Below are positions 23,301 through 34,710 of a DNA stretch of 64,000 nucleotides, piece by piece. The notes under the pieces were generated by a model, which had not been told where the DNA came from, did not search any database, and saw only the letters and a program-made list of their open reading frames with translations. A program made the translations under genes and the position numbers. The stretch's first letter is position 1. Every line of letters starts with the position of its first letter. Source of the DNA: Mobula birostris (lineage: Eukaryota); contig NC_092383.1 in NCBI RefSeq assembly GCF_030028105.1, positions 87,625,921-87,689,920 on the forward strand, in the 5' to 3' direction.

Positions 23301-26279
23301 TTCACTCCTGGCTTGGTAGGCTTCACAAGCCCTGAAATATCAAGCAAAGGAGCTTCCCGCTGTTCGTTAGAGTAAGTGCCTGCCAGGTGACCCTCAAGTT
23401 CTTGATGAGAGATGTTAAGCTGCCCGCTCTTACTTTGTTCCAACAGTTTCTTTGTGAACTCATGAGGGTCCTCAAAGAATGACTTTCTTGTCTTCTCTCT
23501 CTTTCTCTTTTTACGTTTTGACTGCACGACGGAGTAATGCTAACTTTATTTGAAAATGCTCTCAGAGATCAGCAAGCCCTGGCTTGTCACCCTCTTGCTA
23601 CCTTCCACCTCTGTCTCAACGATCTAAGCTCTCTCCTCAACCTACTAATCTCCTTCTGGCACCTGCTTGGTTGCTGTGTAGGCTTTGCTTTCTTCAACTC
23701 AACCAAACCAAACCTGTACTTTCCAGCATCGCAAATCATATCGCCCATCACTTCCAACTTTCTCTTTGATGTTCCCCTGAGAGTGTTCTCCAACATCATA
23801 CTGATATCCTCATCAAACACACGCCAAGCCTTCTCATCTGCCATTGCTGGCCACTTGACCTTCCTCTTCTTCTCTACCTCCACACCACCGCCATCATGCG
23901 AAGGATCTACCTGGGTACTGTGGTCTGAAACCTGACCTGGGTTATCTCTCGTCTGACCTGGAGTATGATGCCTCTCTCGAGTGAATTGCTGCGGCTTGTG
24001 AATCAGTGGTTGAAAAGACCACATCATCTGTGCTTGGTGGAGTAATCTCATCTTCATCCACTGGGATGGAATATCACCTCAACTTTGCTAGGTGGATTTG
24101 TACACCTTTAATGCTGGAAAACGCTCTCCCACACCAACACACTGGACACTCAGAGCCTCTTATCCTAGCTCTTGTTCATAGTCATTCCCTGTAATTAACT
24201 GTACTCACATATAAGATTTTAAAAAATTAAAAACGTTGGTTGATCCAGAGTAACAATGATTTTGTTCTCTTTTACACTTGTGAACTGGAATAAGACCTCA
24301 TTCCATCTGGAGAGCTTCCAACCTGATGGCATGAACATCAATTTCTAAAACCTGTGGTAATTTTTCCCCTTCTCTCTCTCCCTTCCCTTTTCTTCAGTTC
24401 CTGACTCCTCCCCCCCCACCTACCCCAATCTTTTCTCTTTTCTTCGTCTGCCTAGCATATTCCCCAGTTTCCATCTTCCTTTCTTTTCTCCCATAGTCCA
24501 CTCTCCTCTCCTATCAGATTCTTTCTTTTCCAGCCCTTTATCTTTTCCACCTATCACCTCTCAGCTTCTTACTTCATCTCCCTCCCGCCCCCATACCCAC
24601 CAGGCTTTACCTATCACCTTCTAGCTTGTACTGCTTCTTGTCCCCACACCTTCATGTTTTGGCTTCTTCCTCCTTCCTTTCAGGTCCTGCTGAAGGGTCT
24701 CAAGCTGAAACATCAACTATTTATCCATTTCCATAGATGCTGCCTGACCTGAGTTCTTCCAGTATTTTGTGTGTGTTGCCCTGGATTTCCAGCATCTCCA
24801 GACTCTCTTGTGCTGAGCACCATGAAAGTTATGGCTTCTACTACTCGAGCACTAAGCTCTGGCTTTTACTCAATGATCCCTTCACTTCTCCCATTTAAGG
24901 TGGTCAATGAAAACATTTTGCCTCTAAAGATTAAAGCCTTTCAACTCTCTGAGTCTTTGCTTTGATTTTCCTTTTATTATTCCCTTGCAAAGCACCTGAA
25001 GCAGCTTTAGTAAGTCAAAGATGTTGCATGACCACACGTGAATGGCGTGTAGCCAGTATATATAGTTAAGGTCACTATTTAATCACAATTGATTTCAAAC
25101 ACTCAGGATATTTTTAGATTTTACAGAGAAGTTTGAGGGGCCAGGAGTCATTGCAAAAGTGATTCAGCATCTGAATCAGGTTTAATATCATGAAATATGT
25201 TCTCAGTCCCATCAAGTGGACGGAGAAATTTTATAGCAGAATGGTAGTGTTTCCACTCACAGGTAAGAGTAAAACCAGGAGCTTAAATATAAAATAGTTG
25301 CTATTACATCTAACTTCTATTTCCAGATGTGATCATATTGTGGAGTTAGTCATGAAAGGAAGCAGTTAAAGGGAACATCAATGAGATTTGAAAAGGAAAG
25401 CTAGATCAGCACAGAGGAGTTGAGAATACAAATTAATGTAGGTGATTAATTTGCATTCCAAATAAACAACATAAATTGGCAAATGTGTTTACAATTGTTG
25501 CATGCACCAAGGTACAATAGAGATTTAAAAAAACTACTTTGCATGCCATGCCACAGTTAATTTTGTCACATCAGTGTATTGATGCAGTACACAGGAACAT
25601 AATAGAATGCAAAACAAAATATTAGTTACAGAGCAGGCAGACAAAAAGGTGCAAGGCCAGAGTGAGGTAGATTGTGAGGTCAAGAGTCCATCTGATAGTA
25701 AAATGGTACCTCATAACAGTGTGATAGAAACTGTCTTTGATCCTGGTCTCAAAGCTAGTTGGGTCCAGTAAGCTGTTTCTGAGCTTTAAATTGTTTGTTG
25801 ATTAATTTGGAAGGCTGAATATCCAAAACTCAATGATTCTGAAATAACTTCTCCTTTACTATCAGATTTCTGGATGGTCCTTGAACACATGAATACTACT
25901 CATTATTACTTTTTTCGCGCTTTTTTTTGTATTTTATAGTAATGCATTATACTGCTGCATAAAACCATACTTTTTCATGTCATTTAAGTTGGTAACAAAT
26001 GTGATTCTGACTCTTGTTTGTACAGTGGAGTTCACTATTTGCATTAATCAAAAGTCAATACTACCTTTTGTATACTGTATATATTAGGAAGTGCCACCAC
26101 TGGAAGGGAGCACTATTTATGCAAATGTCATGCAACTTCAAGGCAAAGGATCAGATGTCCAACAGAGTAAAAGTGAAAATGAAATTGTGTATGCAACAGT
26201 GCAGCTTCAAAAGGACTCAATGGCAGAGCACTCCATAAACAACAAGGACAAGGTCACCTATGCAGATATCAAATTTTGA
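2042..26279 (+). CDS. Gene 1: CD300/CMRF35/pIgR-like (MDIR-type) inhibitory Ig-V receptor, partial (leader exon missing)
   Basis: Phase-compatible GT-AG exons: 2042-2362 (V1, internal stop), 2455-2775 (V2), 5533-5605, 13110-13201, 19865-19911, 26088-26279. V2 through the last exon gives an open V-stalk-TM-ITIM protein. Confidence 0.85.
2455..2775 (+). CDS. Gene 1 Ig-V exon 2 (intact)
   Basis: Acceptor ctctctcag|, donor |gtaggt, 321 nt, phase 1-1. Has B-strand Cys (ITIDC), KYWC..C second Cys pair typical of CD300/pIgR/TREM, and DTGRYSCG. An in-frame alternative acceptor lies 6 nt downstream (2461). Confidence 0.92.
4075..4470 (-). mobile_element. Rex1-type LINE 3' end remnant
   Basis: Minus frame reads HTVFSLLPSGRRDKSLRPGTTTLKSSYYTSTIRLLN; the tail aagttcaaagtaaatttatt recurs at ~27760 and ~42265. 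Confidence 0.7.
5533..5605 (+). CDS. Gene 1 stalk exon (Thr/Ser-rich)
   Basis: cttctccatctttacag|...|gtatac; phase 1-2; encodes AEQTTTQSTNTVEKSKNEENHQAK(R). Confidence 0.78.
6277..6710 (-). mobile_element. Rex1-type LINE 3' end remnant with (GAAT)n tail
   Basis: Minus strand reads like HPCNHLLELLPTGRRYKIFYARTSRLKNSF; microsatellite tail at 6277-6300. Confidence 0.6.
6770..7460 (-). mobile_element. CR1 3' end remnant interrupted by a SINE
   Basis: CR1 3'UTR/tail-like sequence continues on both sides of the SINE at 7105-7421. Confidence 0.55.
7105..7421 (-). mobile_element. tRNA-derived SINE (family A), full length
   Basis: Reverse complement of the 62036-62356 copy; 11-bp TSD CAACCCTGGGG at 7094-7104 and 7422-7432. 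A partial + copy lies at ~10205-10450. Confidence 0.85.
7786..8055 (+). mobile_element. HE1-like V-SINE
   Basis: tRNA-like head (gggttcaattcc) and core ctccccatgactgcgtgggtttcc..ctcccacagtccaaaga. Other copies at ~27037-27283, 38590-38800, 39650-39870, 49895-50180, 54005-54225 (+) and 57775-57945, 61385-61650 (-). Confidence 0.75.
8890..9390 (-). mobile_element. CR1 LINE 3' fragment with inverted 5' segment
   Basis: 8890-9210 is minus-strand CR1 (LGLYLLEFRR..KGHSLKIEGRPFRTEMRRNFFSQR); 9225-9390 is the adjacent upstream CR1 sequence on the + strand (KDVMLRIHKAFVRPHLEY). Confidence 0.7.
11696..12070 (+). mobile_element. RTE/Bov-A-like SINE (family C)
   Basis: Hallmark aagaaggcaatggcaaaccac; homologous minus copies at 12262-12575 and ~50665-51035. 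Confidence 0.65.
12262..12575 (-). mobile_element. RTE/Bov-A-like SINE (family C), inverted relative to 11696-12070
   Basis: tggtttgccattgccttcttctgggcaatgtctttacaa is the reverse complement of the core of the upstream copy; carries an internal deletion. Confidence 0.65.
13110..13201 (+). CDS. Gene 1 transmembrane exon (no charged residue)
   Basis: Long pyrimidine tract then catag|, donor |gtgagt; phase 2-1; encodes PFSKIVLIVVVVLLLVLFICLICYLKNKYR. Confidence 0.88.
14511..14681. mobile_element. Fold-back mini-insertion of the Penelope-like terminal repeat
   Basis: About 60-bp near-perfect inverted arms around a 12-nt loop; 15-bp TSD ACAATTATTTACTTG at 14496-14510 and 14682-14696. Confidence 0.85.
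15400..16285. mobile_element. Penelope-like element, fold-back insertion
   Basis: Minus arm 15400-15980 includes the end of the GIY-YIG region; plus arm 15985-16285 is the terminal repeat; 12-bp TSD ACTTGATAGTGT at 15388-15399 and 16286-16297. Confidence 0.85.
16335..17255 (-). mobile_element. Older Penelope-like remnant (GIY-YIG region plus 3' repeat)
   Basis: Minus frames read [28 protein letters not shown] and [16 protein letters not shown], homologous to the 43869-45467 copy. Confidence 0.75.
18030..18625 (-). mobile_element. RTE 5'UTR-like non-autonomous element (family D)
   Basis: Reverse complement of 62395-63000, with shared motifs gctacgggagtaaaccc and gggtaaata. Confidence 0.6.
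19865..19911 (+). CDS. Gene 1 first cytoplasmic exon
   Basis: tgtattttccag|...|gtaagg; phase 1-0 bridges the TM exon to the last exon; encodes QSKWNILHREGKNETQ. Confidence 0.72.
20625..24194 (-). mobile_element. Hero-clade RLE non-LTR retrotransposon, near full length, frameshifted
   Basis: N-terminal CWCGRAFSSIKGVQIHLAK finger (~24080-24140). RT motifs VWLDLANAYGSVPH, GIPMGCAISPILF, FMDD; CCHC finger; RLE RPDIILWS..ELTVPWE..HERKLTKY..EVGC; stop at 20875. Candidate 8-bp TSD TTAACTGT at 20617-20624 and 24195-24202. Confidence 0.82.
24300..24810 (+). mobile_element. Penelope-like 3' fragment
   Basis: cttccaacctgatggcatgaacatc (end of GIY-YIG ORF), then a pyrimidine-rich UTR and the terminal repeat. 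Confidence 0.65.
26088..26279 (+). CDS. Gene 1 terminal cytoplasmic exon with ITSM/ITIM motifs
   Basis: atattag| phase 0; EVPPLEGSTIYANV...EIVYATV...KVTYADIKF*; TGA at 26277-26279. Confidence 0.9.
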   Translation, partial: EVPPLEGSTIYANVMQLQGKGSDVQQSKSENEIVYATVQLQKDSMAEHSINNKDKVTYADIKF

Positions 26280-26606
26280 AGCCATCCACCAAGAATGATC
26301 CCACTCTCAGCACTCCACAGTACTCTGAAAAGAAACTGTATGTCACCATTGCCTCTTAGAATAATCATGCATGTGATATCATGTTATGGCTTTATCTGTA
26401 CTTTACTGTCGTAGTAAGACCCTTATATTGCCCAGGCCTGCGCCCTGGAACTTTCCAGGTGCTGATCCATGGTCTTGTGAGACTAATGGATGCCACCATC
26501 AAGATCCTTATATCCATGTAATTACTTCATTCTTATCTGTCTTTCCTAACTAGTTCATTTCAATTCCACCCCACTTCTTTACAATACCAGGTGTAACCAT
26601 TTCACA

Positions 26607-26765
26607 GCAACACACACAAAATTCTGGAGGAACTCCTGATGAAGGGTCTCGGCCTGAAACATCGACAGTTTACTCTTTTCTATAGATGCTACCTGGCCTA
26701 CTGAGATCCTCCAGCATTTTGTGTGTGCTGCTTGGATTTCCAGCATCTGCAGATCTTCTCTTGTT
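26607..26765 (+). mobile_element. Penelope-like terminal repeat with short inverted 5' arm
   Basis: 15-bp TSD TGTAACCATTTCACA at 26592-26606 and 26766-26780; inverted arm 26607-26635. Confidence 0.8.
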
Positions 26766-29443
26766 TGTAACCATTTCACATTGAGTTTCTGAGTCTGATT
26801 AATTTACGGAATGACAAGAGATTGAGATTCCAATTCTCACAGTACTTCACCTCCTAAACACAAGAGATTCTGCAAATGATGGAAATCCAGAGTAACACAT
26901 GCAAAATGCTGGAGGAACTCAGCAGGTCAGGCAACATCTATGGAAAGGAATAAGCAGTCAACGAGGCTTCTGTTTAGTGTTGTCTCCACATACATAGCAG
27001 GAGCTATTGTATATCAAGACCTTTGAGGAATAATTTGGGGTGCCACAGTAGCAGTTAGAGTGCCGCTATTAAAGTTTAGAGTGTTGGAATTTTGAGTTCA
27101 ATTCTGGCATCCTGTGTGTGTCCTCCCACATTCCAAAGACGTACCAGTTAGTAGGTTAATTGGACATTGAATATTCTCCAGTGATCTGCCTAGGATTAAA
27201 TTGGTAGGTCCTGGGCAGTGTGGTTTGGTGAGCAGGAGGGGTCTGTTCTGTGCTGTATCTCTAAATAATTAAAATAAATAAATAATGCAATTTTGCATGG
27301 CAGTGTTATAGGAAATGTACAGAAATTGTTTCTAGGAAAATGAAAGCAGAGTATTTAAAGGCAAAAAATATAAATGAAAATATAGAGTACGGAAATACAA
27401 AATCAAATAAAGTTTGTTAAATGGGTAGTAGAAAATGTACATAATGGTATGATCCATTGATTTATTTCTTAAATAGCAAAATGTTAAAGGCTTGAATAAG
27501 TGGAAATATAGCAAATGGATTAAAAAATTCCATAATGATATAGACCAGAACTGAAGAATGGTTATTTAGACTGGAAAACCACTTTTCACAAAGACTGGGA
27601 TCCTAATTATTCATGTTTACATTAAAGACTCCAAAGTTTGTGTACAAAATTGACCAGAGAGAGGATCAGGAGCATGGAGAGGAGTATATGGCTGAAACTG
27701 AGGAAGAAAAAACAATAGATAATTTTCAAAATTGGCAGTTAAATGCCACACTAAAGTTCAAAGTAAATTTATTATCAAAGTGCATTTATGTCACCATATA
27801 CAATCTTGTGATTCATTTTCCTGTGGGCATATTCTTTAAATCTATGGAATAATAACCATAACAGACTCAGTGAAAGTCTGCCCAACTTGGACATTCAGCC
27901 AGAGTGCAGAAGACAACAAAGTGCAAATACAAAAAAAAAGGAATTGTAATAAATAGATAAGCAATAAATATCGAGAACATGAGATGAAAAGTCCTTGAAA
28001 GTGAGTCCATTGGCTGTGGAAGTATTTCAATGATGGGGCCAGTGAAGATATTCCCTTTGGTTGAAGAGCCTGATGTTTCTGGACCTGGCAGTGTGAGTCC
28101 TGAGACTCCTGTACTTCCTTTCTGGCAGCAGCGAGAAGAGAGCATGTTAAATAAATATGAAAGGATCTCTTTTGGAACAAAAGTTCTCTTACCATGCATC
28201 AGAATCATCCCTGTTTCCACTGAAAATAATTCAACCATGAAGTGTTTGAAAGAATATTGCACAGAGCCCAGCCCCTTGTTGTTCAGTGGCAGTAGGATGC
28301 TCAACTGTGAAAAGTCATTCCGTTTTAAAAATGAAATAAGCTATGTTCATGAGATTATAGGAGACAGAAAGATATAACTGAAGTTTCCAGTGATAAAAGT
28401 GGAATGGGAAAATGTCCATGAAAAGCGTAAATAACAATACAATCTACAGTATTAATGCTATTACAATTCTGATAGGTGGAATTTCCTTTTACTTTACTGT
28501 ATGCTCATATCACTTTTTTCTTATGTTTTAAAGATGCCACTTTTTCAAACTGTAAATAGAGAGAGTTTCATTTCAAATAAATGCAATTTCTTAAAAATTT
28601 CCAGAGTGCTAATTTTAAATTTATTTACGCTTCGAGCGTTTGCACATCAAAAAAAACTGATGTATTATGACAAAACCTATTTCCTGTTGTTGATGCAGAC
28701 ATTACAAATGTGTATCTGTAATACATACAATAATATTTACAACTAAAGAATATCGAGAATATAATTATAATTTCTCAGATAAGTTCTGTCTTACATGCAT
28801 ATTTACAATTTTACATGTAATTGTGGGAATTCCATTCTTAAGCCTTTGTCACTCTTGCTGAACCTGTAGTGCTGCAGAGATTGTTATTGAAGAAGTACCA
28901 GAGTCACCTTAATCCAAGCTATTAGGCATATGCAACACCCACAAAGATCATTCAAAAATGTAAAATGTGTGATAGTGAATCAACAGCTAGCTCATGAACA
29001 CAAGAAATTTGCAGATTCTGGAAATCCAAAGCCACACACACACACAGAATGCTAGCGGAACTCAGCAGGTCAGGCAGCACCTGTGGAAATGAATAAAGTC
29101 GGCATTTCAGGCTTAATCCCTTCTTCAGGACTGGAAAGGAAGGAGGAAGACACCAGAATGAAAAGGTGGGGTGGGGGGCGAGAAAGAAGGTAGCGAGAAA
29201 GTGATATGTGAAATGAGGTGGGTGGGAAAGGTAAAGGGCTGGAGTGAAAGGGATCTGATAGGAGAGGAGAGTGGACCATAGGAGAAAGAGAAGGAGGAAG
29301 GGCACATGGGACAGGTGATAGGTTGGTGAGAAGAGGTAAGAGGCCAGAGTGGGGAATAGAAGAGGGGAGTGGAAGGGGATTTTTTACCAGAATTCTTTTT
29401 TTATCAATATTCATGTCATCTGGTTAGAGACTACCCACATAGA

Positions 29444-31173
29444 CAGTGGCAGCGCCAGAGGTTTTTTCTTGCTGGTGCTACAGTGGGGCTGAATTATTCA
29501 GTGATGGTGTTGAGGGATGTACTATATGGTAATATGTATTCGCAAGGCCAGACGTGGGGTGTTCAAAAGTCAGTTTCAAGCATTATGTGCCTACTATAAA
29601 TGCCTCTGTTGATTCACAAGCAACAGCAATTGATAGATCTAATATAGAAGTGAACTGTGACAGTGTCAGCAGCATTGGAGACAACCCGGGCTACACAGAG
29701 CATAAACAAACAAACCAACAGAGCATCCGACCCACAGCCACCAACGTGAATCACGCACCAATCCCGCAATCAGCGTCAAATGCGTGCTTTTCAACTGAAA
29801 AACACAACACTAACCCACAATGTCCACTGCTATTCACATTACATAGACAGACAATGCCAAAAGATACACCGTTATTAAAGTCAAATAAGGCAAACAACAG
29901 ATGCAAGGCTTTACCAGGAGTTGGACAAATCGTACTCTGACCATGCAATACCTCAATTAATTCGGCTACTGAATTTAAAACAAAAATCAACAGAATCACC
30001 GCTTGGAAGTCTAAGCAAAACCAGTAGGCTTAATAGCAGTAAATGTAATATTTTAGGATTTGCAGAAAACATAAGGACTATGGGGCATCCACCACAAAAT
30101 AATAATAATAATCAGCACAAGTCTTGGACCAAATTAAAAAGAAACAACTGCACTCACCATTGATGTTTTCAGAGAAGCACAATCCATCTGTTGTTGTGAT
30201 TGGTGGCGAAAGCATCAATGATTTTCTGGATGTCAAGTGCTTTGGTCCTCCGGCTGTTTATGGCCAACAGGGCCCAGTTGCTGTTCCGAGCATCGCTGCT
30301 GCAATTCCTTAGGTAGTTTTTGAGGTGTCTGAGGCAAGAGAAACTCCGTTTGCATGAGGCAGATGTCACAGGTAAAGTCAGTGATATGCAGATTAGTTTG
30401 TATAAGTCTATAAATACATCGCGGTAGAGTCTCATTAGAGCTAGAAATTCCACTGTGTCATTCACTGTCTGTCCTTAGACTCAACCACTGCTCTCATATA
30501 CTCACGATTTTCTTGGACAATCTTTGAATGTCCTTTGTCAAGCATATTTCGCAATCTTGAACCGTCTTGTTTTCTCAATTTGAATTCGGCCCATGCCTCC
30601 ATGGCAAATTTATGAGCTGCACTTACATGGTGGGTTTGGAAAGCTGTTGTAGCTTTCCGCCAGTTGCAGTAACCGGTGACAGTGAAGGTAGACTCAGAAT
30701 GGAACCCATGTCCTCCACACAGGAAATGCCTGCACGCGAAGCGGAATGTAGTATCTTTCGTGATCGAATATTCCAGTCAGTCAAACCAGCCACGAATAAA
30801 ACTCCTTTGCTGATTGCCAAACTGTTGCAAAGGGTACTTTTTCAATGCTGGCTGATGGGGTTCTTCCTCAGGCTGCTGGCTAACATCACTCACAGTATTC
30901 CCACTGGCACTAAGAGCAGTTTCATCCACGTTCTCTTCCAAATCCCGCTCCATTTCTTGTTCCTCTACTTTGCCCTCACACTCCTTCGATGAACTGCTGT
31001 CGTCCTCATCCCCACTTACTTCTTTCTGCATGTCACTTTCAATTAAGACATGCTCAGGCTGAGACACCACTGATTCCTCTGGATGAGGTCGTTCTCTCAC
31101 TAAAAATTAAACCATTTTTCACGCTGGCCAAAATAATGCTCGTGCTAGGCCCACGCTAGCTTGTAAAAGCACA

Positions 31174-31207
<34 letters not shown>

Positions 31208-31602
31208 CATCCGTTAATCTTGTGAGATCATGGATCTGCACCTGGATGTATACTATCAATCTCTCGCGTGAGTGACATCACCACCTTAAGAGATCTTAGA
31301 TCAGCTTAACTGATCTGAGGACAGCAACGGCAAGACATCAACAATGAACAAATAAGCAGAAGTGTAGAGTGGTTCTGACAGAGTTTATAACTTTATTACT
31401 GCATGGGTGCTATGGTAATTGGGGGCGCTGTTTCACTAGATCAACTGGAGAAACAAGCTGTATTCAAAACTGTACAGAGAAAGCAAAGCAGCTGCAATTT
31501 GTATGTGAAATTTCAGTTAATTTCTTGGAGATGCTAGAGTGGTGCTATTGTAATTTCTGCTGGGGCTATAGCACCAGCTAGCACCACTTAGCGCCACCCC
31601 TG
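29444..31602 (-). mobile_element. hAT DNA transposon, internally deleted (ZMYM1-like transposase remnants)
   Basis: Perfect 8-bp TSD CACATAGA (29436-29443, 31603-31610); imperfect TIRs CAGTGGCAGCGCCA / CAGGGGTGGCGCTA. Minus ORFs give a TTF-type finger region (31100-30600) and the hATC dimerisation domain (LTLPVTSASCKRSFSCLRHLKNYLR; 30169-30465). Confidence 0.88.
31174..31204. repeat. (TG)n microsatellite
   Basis: About 15 TG units, inside the hAT element. Confidence 0.9.
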
Positions 31603-33213
31603 CACATAGAACATAAGGTGTTACTTCTCTACCCTGAGGGTGGCCTCATCATGGCACAAGAGTAGACCATGGACTGACATGTTGGAACGGAAATGGGAAT
31701 CGGAATTAGAATGTTTGACCACCAGGGAATTTCACTTTAGGCAGTTGGAGGGAGTTGTTCAACGAAGTGGTCCTCCAATTTATAACTGGTAGGCAAGGAG
31801 AAGGAATTCTATCCCAGTTAAGGCAGTGGGAAAATGGGGTGACTGTGAATGTTCAGGAACTTGTAACTAAAGAATTATTTTCCAGTTCTTTCTCCTAATA
31901 TTGAATGGATCAGGAGAAAGACTCCTGTTTAAAATCTGTAGGGACCAAGATTAAATTAATGAATGAACAGAAAGAGTTTGGAGGTTATTGATCAAGACAG
32001 AAGTTTAATCATGGAATTTACATTCAAGTAATTAAGTGTTCCTGAAATTTTCACTAAAGTTTGCCAAATACAGGAAGATCACAAGTGTTCCTCAGGAATG
32101 AAAATCTGTAAATATAGTTTGGTCTATATTTGATTCCAAACCAATGCCATTGACTCCTGTCCAGCAGAGAATTAGTTAGGGATGGACAATAATTGTCAGC
32201 GTTACTTACTGCAGTGAAGATTGATAGAAAATAAGTATTTTGCATCGGTCTTCATTGTGGAAGACACTAGCAGTATACTCTTTAAAGATATTATTTTTAT
32301 CATTTAATTTTGTCCTATGAAATCATCATTGAAAATTATGCTTTTTGTTATGTTTGTACTGACCAAAAAGTAAAATTTCATTAATTAATTAATTCAGTCA
32401 TACTTTGAATCTTTGAATTGATACTAATTCATGAATCAATATAAATCAAAATTACCATGGAACACAAGAATATTTTTCAGATTATCACTAATTTGGAGAC
32501 ATGCTCTCAAAAAAGGTTTGCCACTCCTGATACAGTAAATAACAAAATATTTTGCAGCCTGCAATACAGCGGCACAGCTCAATAGTGAACTTGGCCCATT
32601 GTCTCTATCTTTAATCTATTCCGTATACATATATATATATATACTTAATGTAATTGATTTATTTGGTTATTTTTTTTCTTTATATATTATTATGTATTGC
32701 ATTGTACTGCTGCTGCTAAGTTAACAAATTTCATGACACGTGTTAGTGATAATCAACCTGATTCTGATATGGGTCTCTACTGTGGACTGAGAGTGGGAAG
32801 GAGCAAGGAGAGGCAAATCATGTTTAGGAAAAGGGGAAGGGAGAAGGCAGGGAGTGGGGTGTAATCATACTTTGTGTAATGATTGACTTAAGAATCATTT
32901 ACTTAGTCAACATTTAACTCAAAATCTCATTGTCCACCAATGCTGTCTAATCTTCTGGATATTTATAATTTGATGTCATCAGATCCATTGAGTTGAGGAT
33001 TTGCTCTCAATCACCATAACAACCAGAATGATCTACTAAAAGTCCATAAGGGATAAGTTCTGTCATGCAGACCTATTTTCACCTGCTGATTTTCCACTTC
33101 CAATAAGTGGTAACTGTAAAATTATGGAACAATTTAACTCACCAGTCACATCAACCTTTAATGGTAGCTTTTCTTCCTGGGGTAGCAATACTTTATTCCT
33201 TAAGGACATAATG

Positions 33214-34710
33214 ATACTTTATACTTTATTATCGCCAAACAATTGGTACTAGAACGTACAATCAAACACAGCGATATTTGATTCTGTGCTTCCCACTCTT
33301 TGGATTAAAAATATTAAATATTAAAAATATTTAAAATAGTTAAAATTAGTAAATATTAAAAATTTAAATTATAAATCATCAATAGAAAATAGAAAAATGG
33401 AAAGTAAGGTAGTGCAAAAAAAGACCGAGAGGCAGGTCTGGATATTTGGAGGGTACGGCCCAGATCCGGGTCAGGATCCGTTCAGCAGTCTTATCACAGT
33501 TGGAAAGAAGCTGTTCCCAAATCTGGCCGTACGAGTCTTCAAGCTCCTGAGCCTTCTCCCAGAGGGAAGAGGGACGAAAAGTGTGTAGGCTGGGTGGGTC
33601 GTGTCCTTGATTATCCTGGCAGCACTGCTCCAACAGCATGCAGTGTAAAGTGAGTCCAAGGACAGAAGATTGGTTTGTGTGATGTGCTGTGCCGTGTTCA
33701 TGATCTTCTGTAGCTTCTTTCGGTCTTGGACAGAACAACTTCCATACCAGGTTGTGATGCACCCTAAAAGAATGCTTTCTACGGTGCATCTATAAAAATT
33801 AGTGAGCGTTTTAGGGGACAGGCCAAATTTCTTTAGTTTTCTCAGGAAGTAAAGGCGCTGGTGGGCCTTCTTGGCAGTGAACTCTGCTTGGTTGGACCAA
33901 GTCAGGTCATTTGTGATATTGACCCCGAGGAACTTAAAACTTTTGACCTGTTCCACTTGCGCACCACCGATGTAAATTGGGTTGTGCGGTCCGCTACTCC
34001 TTCTGAAGTCAACAACCAATTCCTTCGTCTTGCTGACATTGGGGGATAGGTTATTGTCTTCGCACCATGCCACCAGGTTCTTAATTTCCTCTCTGTACTC
34101 AAACTCATTATTACCCGAGATATGGCCTACAATTTGTTGTGTCATCAGCAAACTTATATATTGAGTTTGATGGAAACTTGACTATACAATCATGAGTGTA
34201 CAGTGAGTACAGCAGGGGGCTGAGTACACAGCCTTGTGGGGCACCGGTGCTCAGAGTGATTGTAGAGGAGAGCTTGTCCCCTATTTTTACAGTCTGGGTC
34301 CTGTCTGTGAGGAAGTTGAAGATCCAGCTGCAGATCTGAGTGCTAAGGCCCAGGTTCTGGAGCTTAGGAATCAGTTTATTTGGAATGATGGTATTAAAGA
34401 CAGAGCTGTAGTCAATGAAAAGGATCCTTATGTATGCATCTTTATTCTCCAAGTGTTCTAAGGAGGAATGTAGAGCCAGAGAGATGGCACCTGCCATTGA
34501 CCTGTTGCTCTGGTAGGCAAATTGCAAAGCGTTGAGGTTGACCGGTAGGCTGTGGTTGATGTGTGCCATAACCAATCGCTCGAAGCACTTCATAGCAATT
34601 GATGTCAGAGCTACAGGTCGATAGTCATTCAGGCATGCCACTTTGCTCTTCTTCGGCACTGGGATTATTGTTGCCTTCTTAAAACACAAGGGGATCTTAG
34701 ACTGAAGTAA
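33214..34710 (-). mobile_element. Rex1/Babar LINE, 5'-truncated, relatively intact RT
   Basis: ORFs 34111..34689 and 33471..34151 (one frameshift near FADD): [45 protein letters not shown]; (ATACTTT)n tail. Confidence 0.88.

Larger units (their letters stand above)
28995..31790 (-). mobile_element. Penelope-like remnant split by a hAT insertion
   Basis: Removing 29444-31610 rejoins ctacccacataga|acataaggtg, matching ctacccagatagaatataaggtg of the 15.8 kb copy. Confidence 0.7.
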
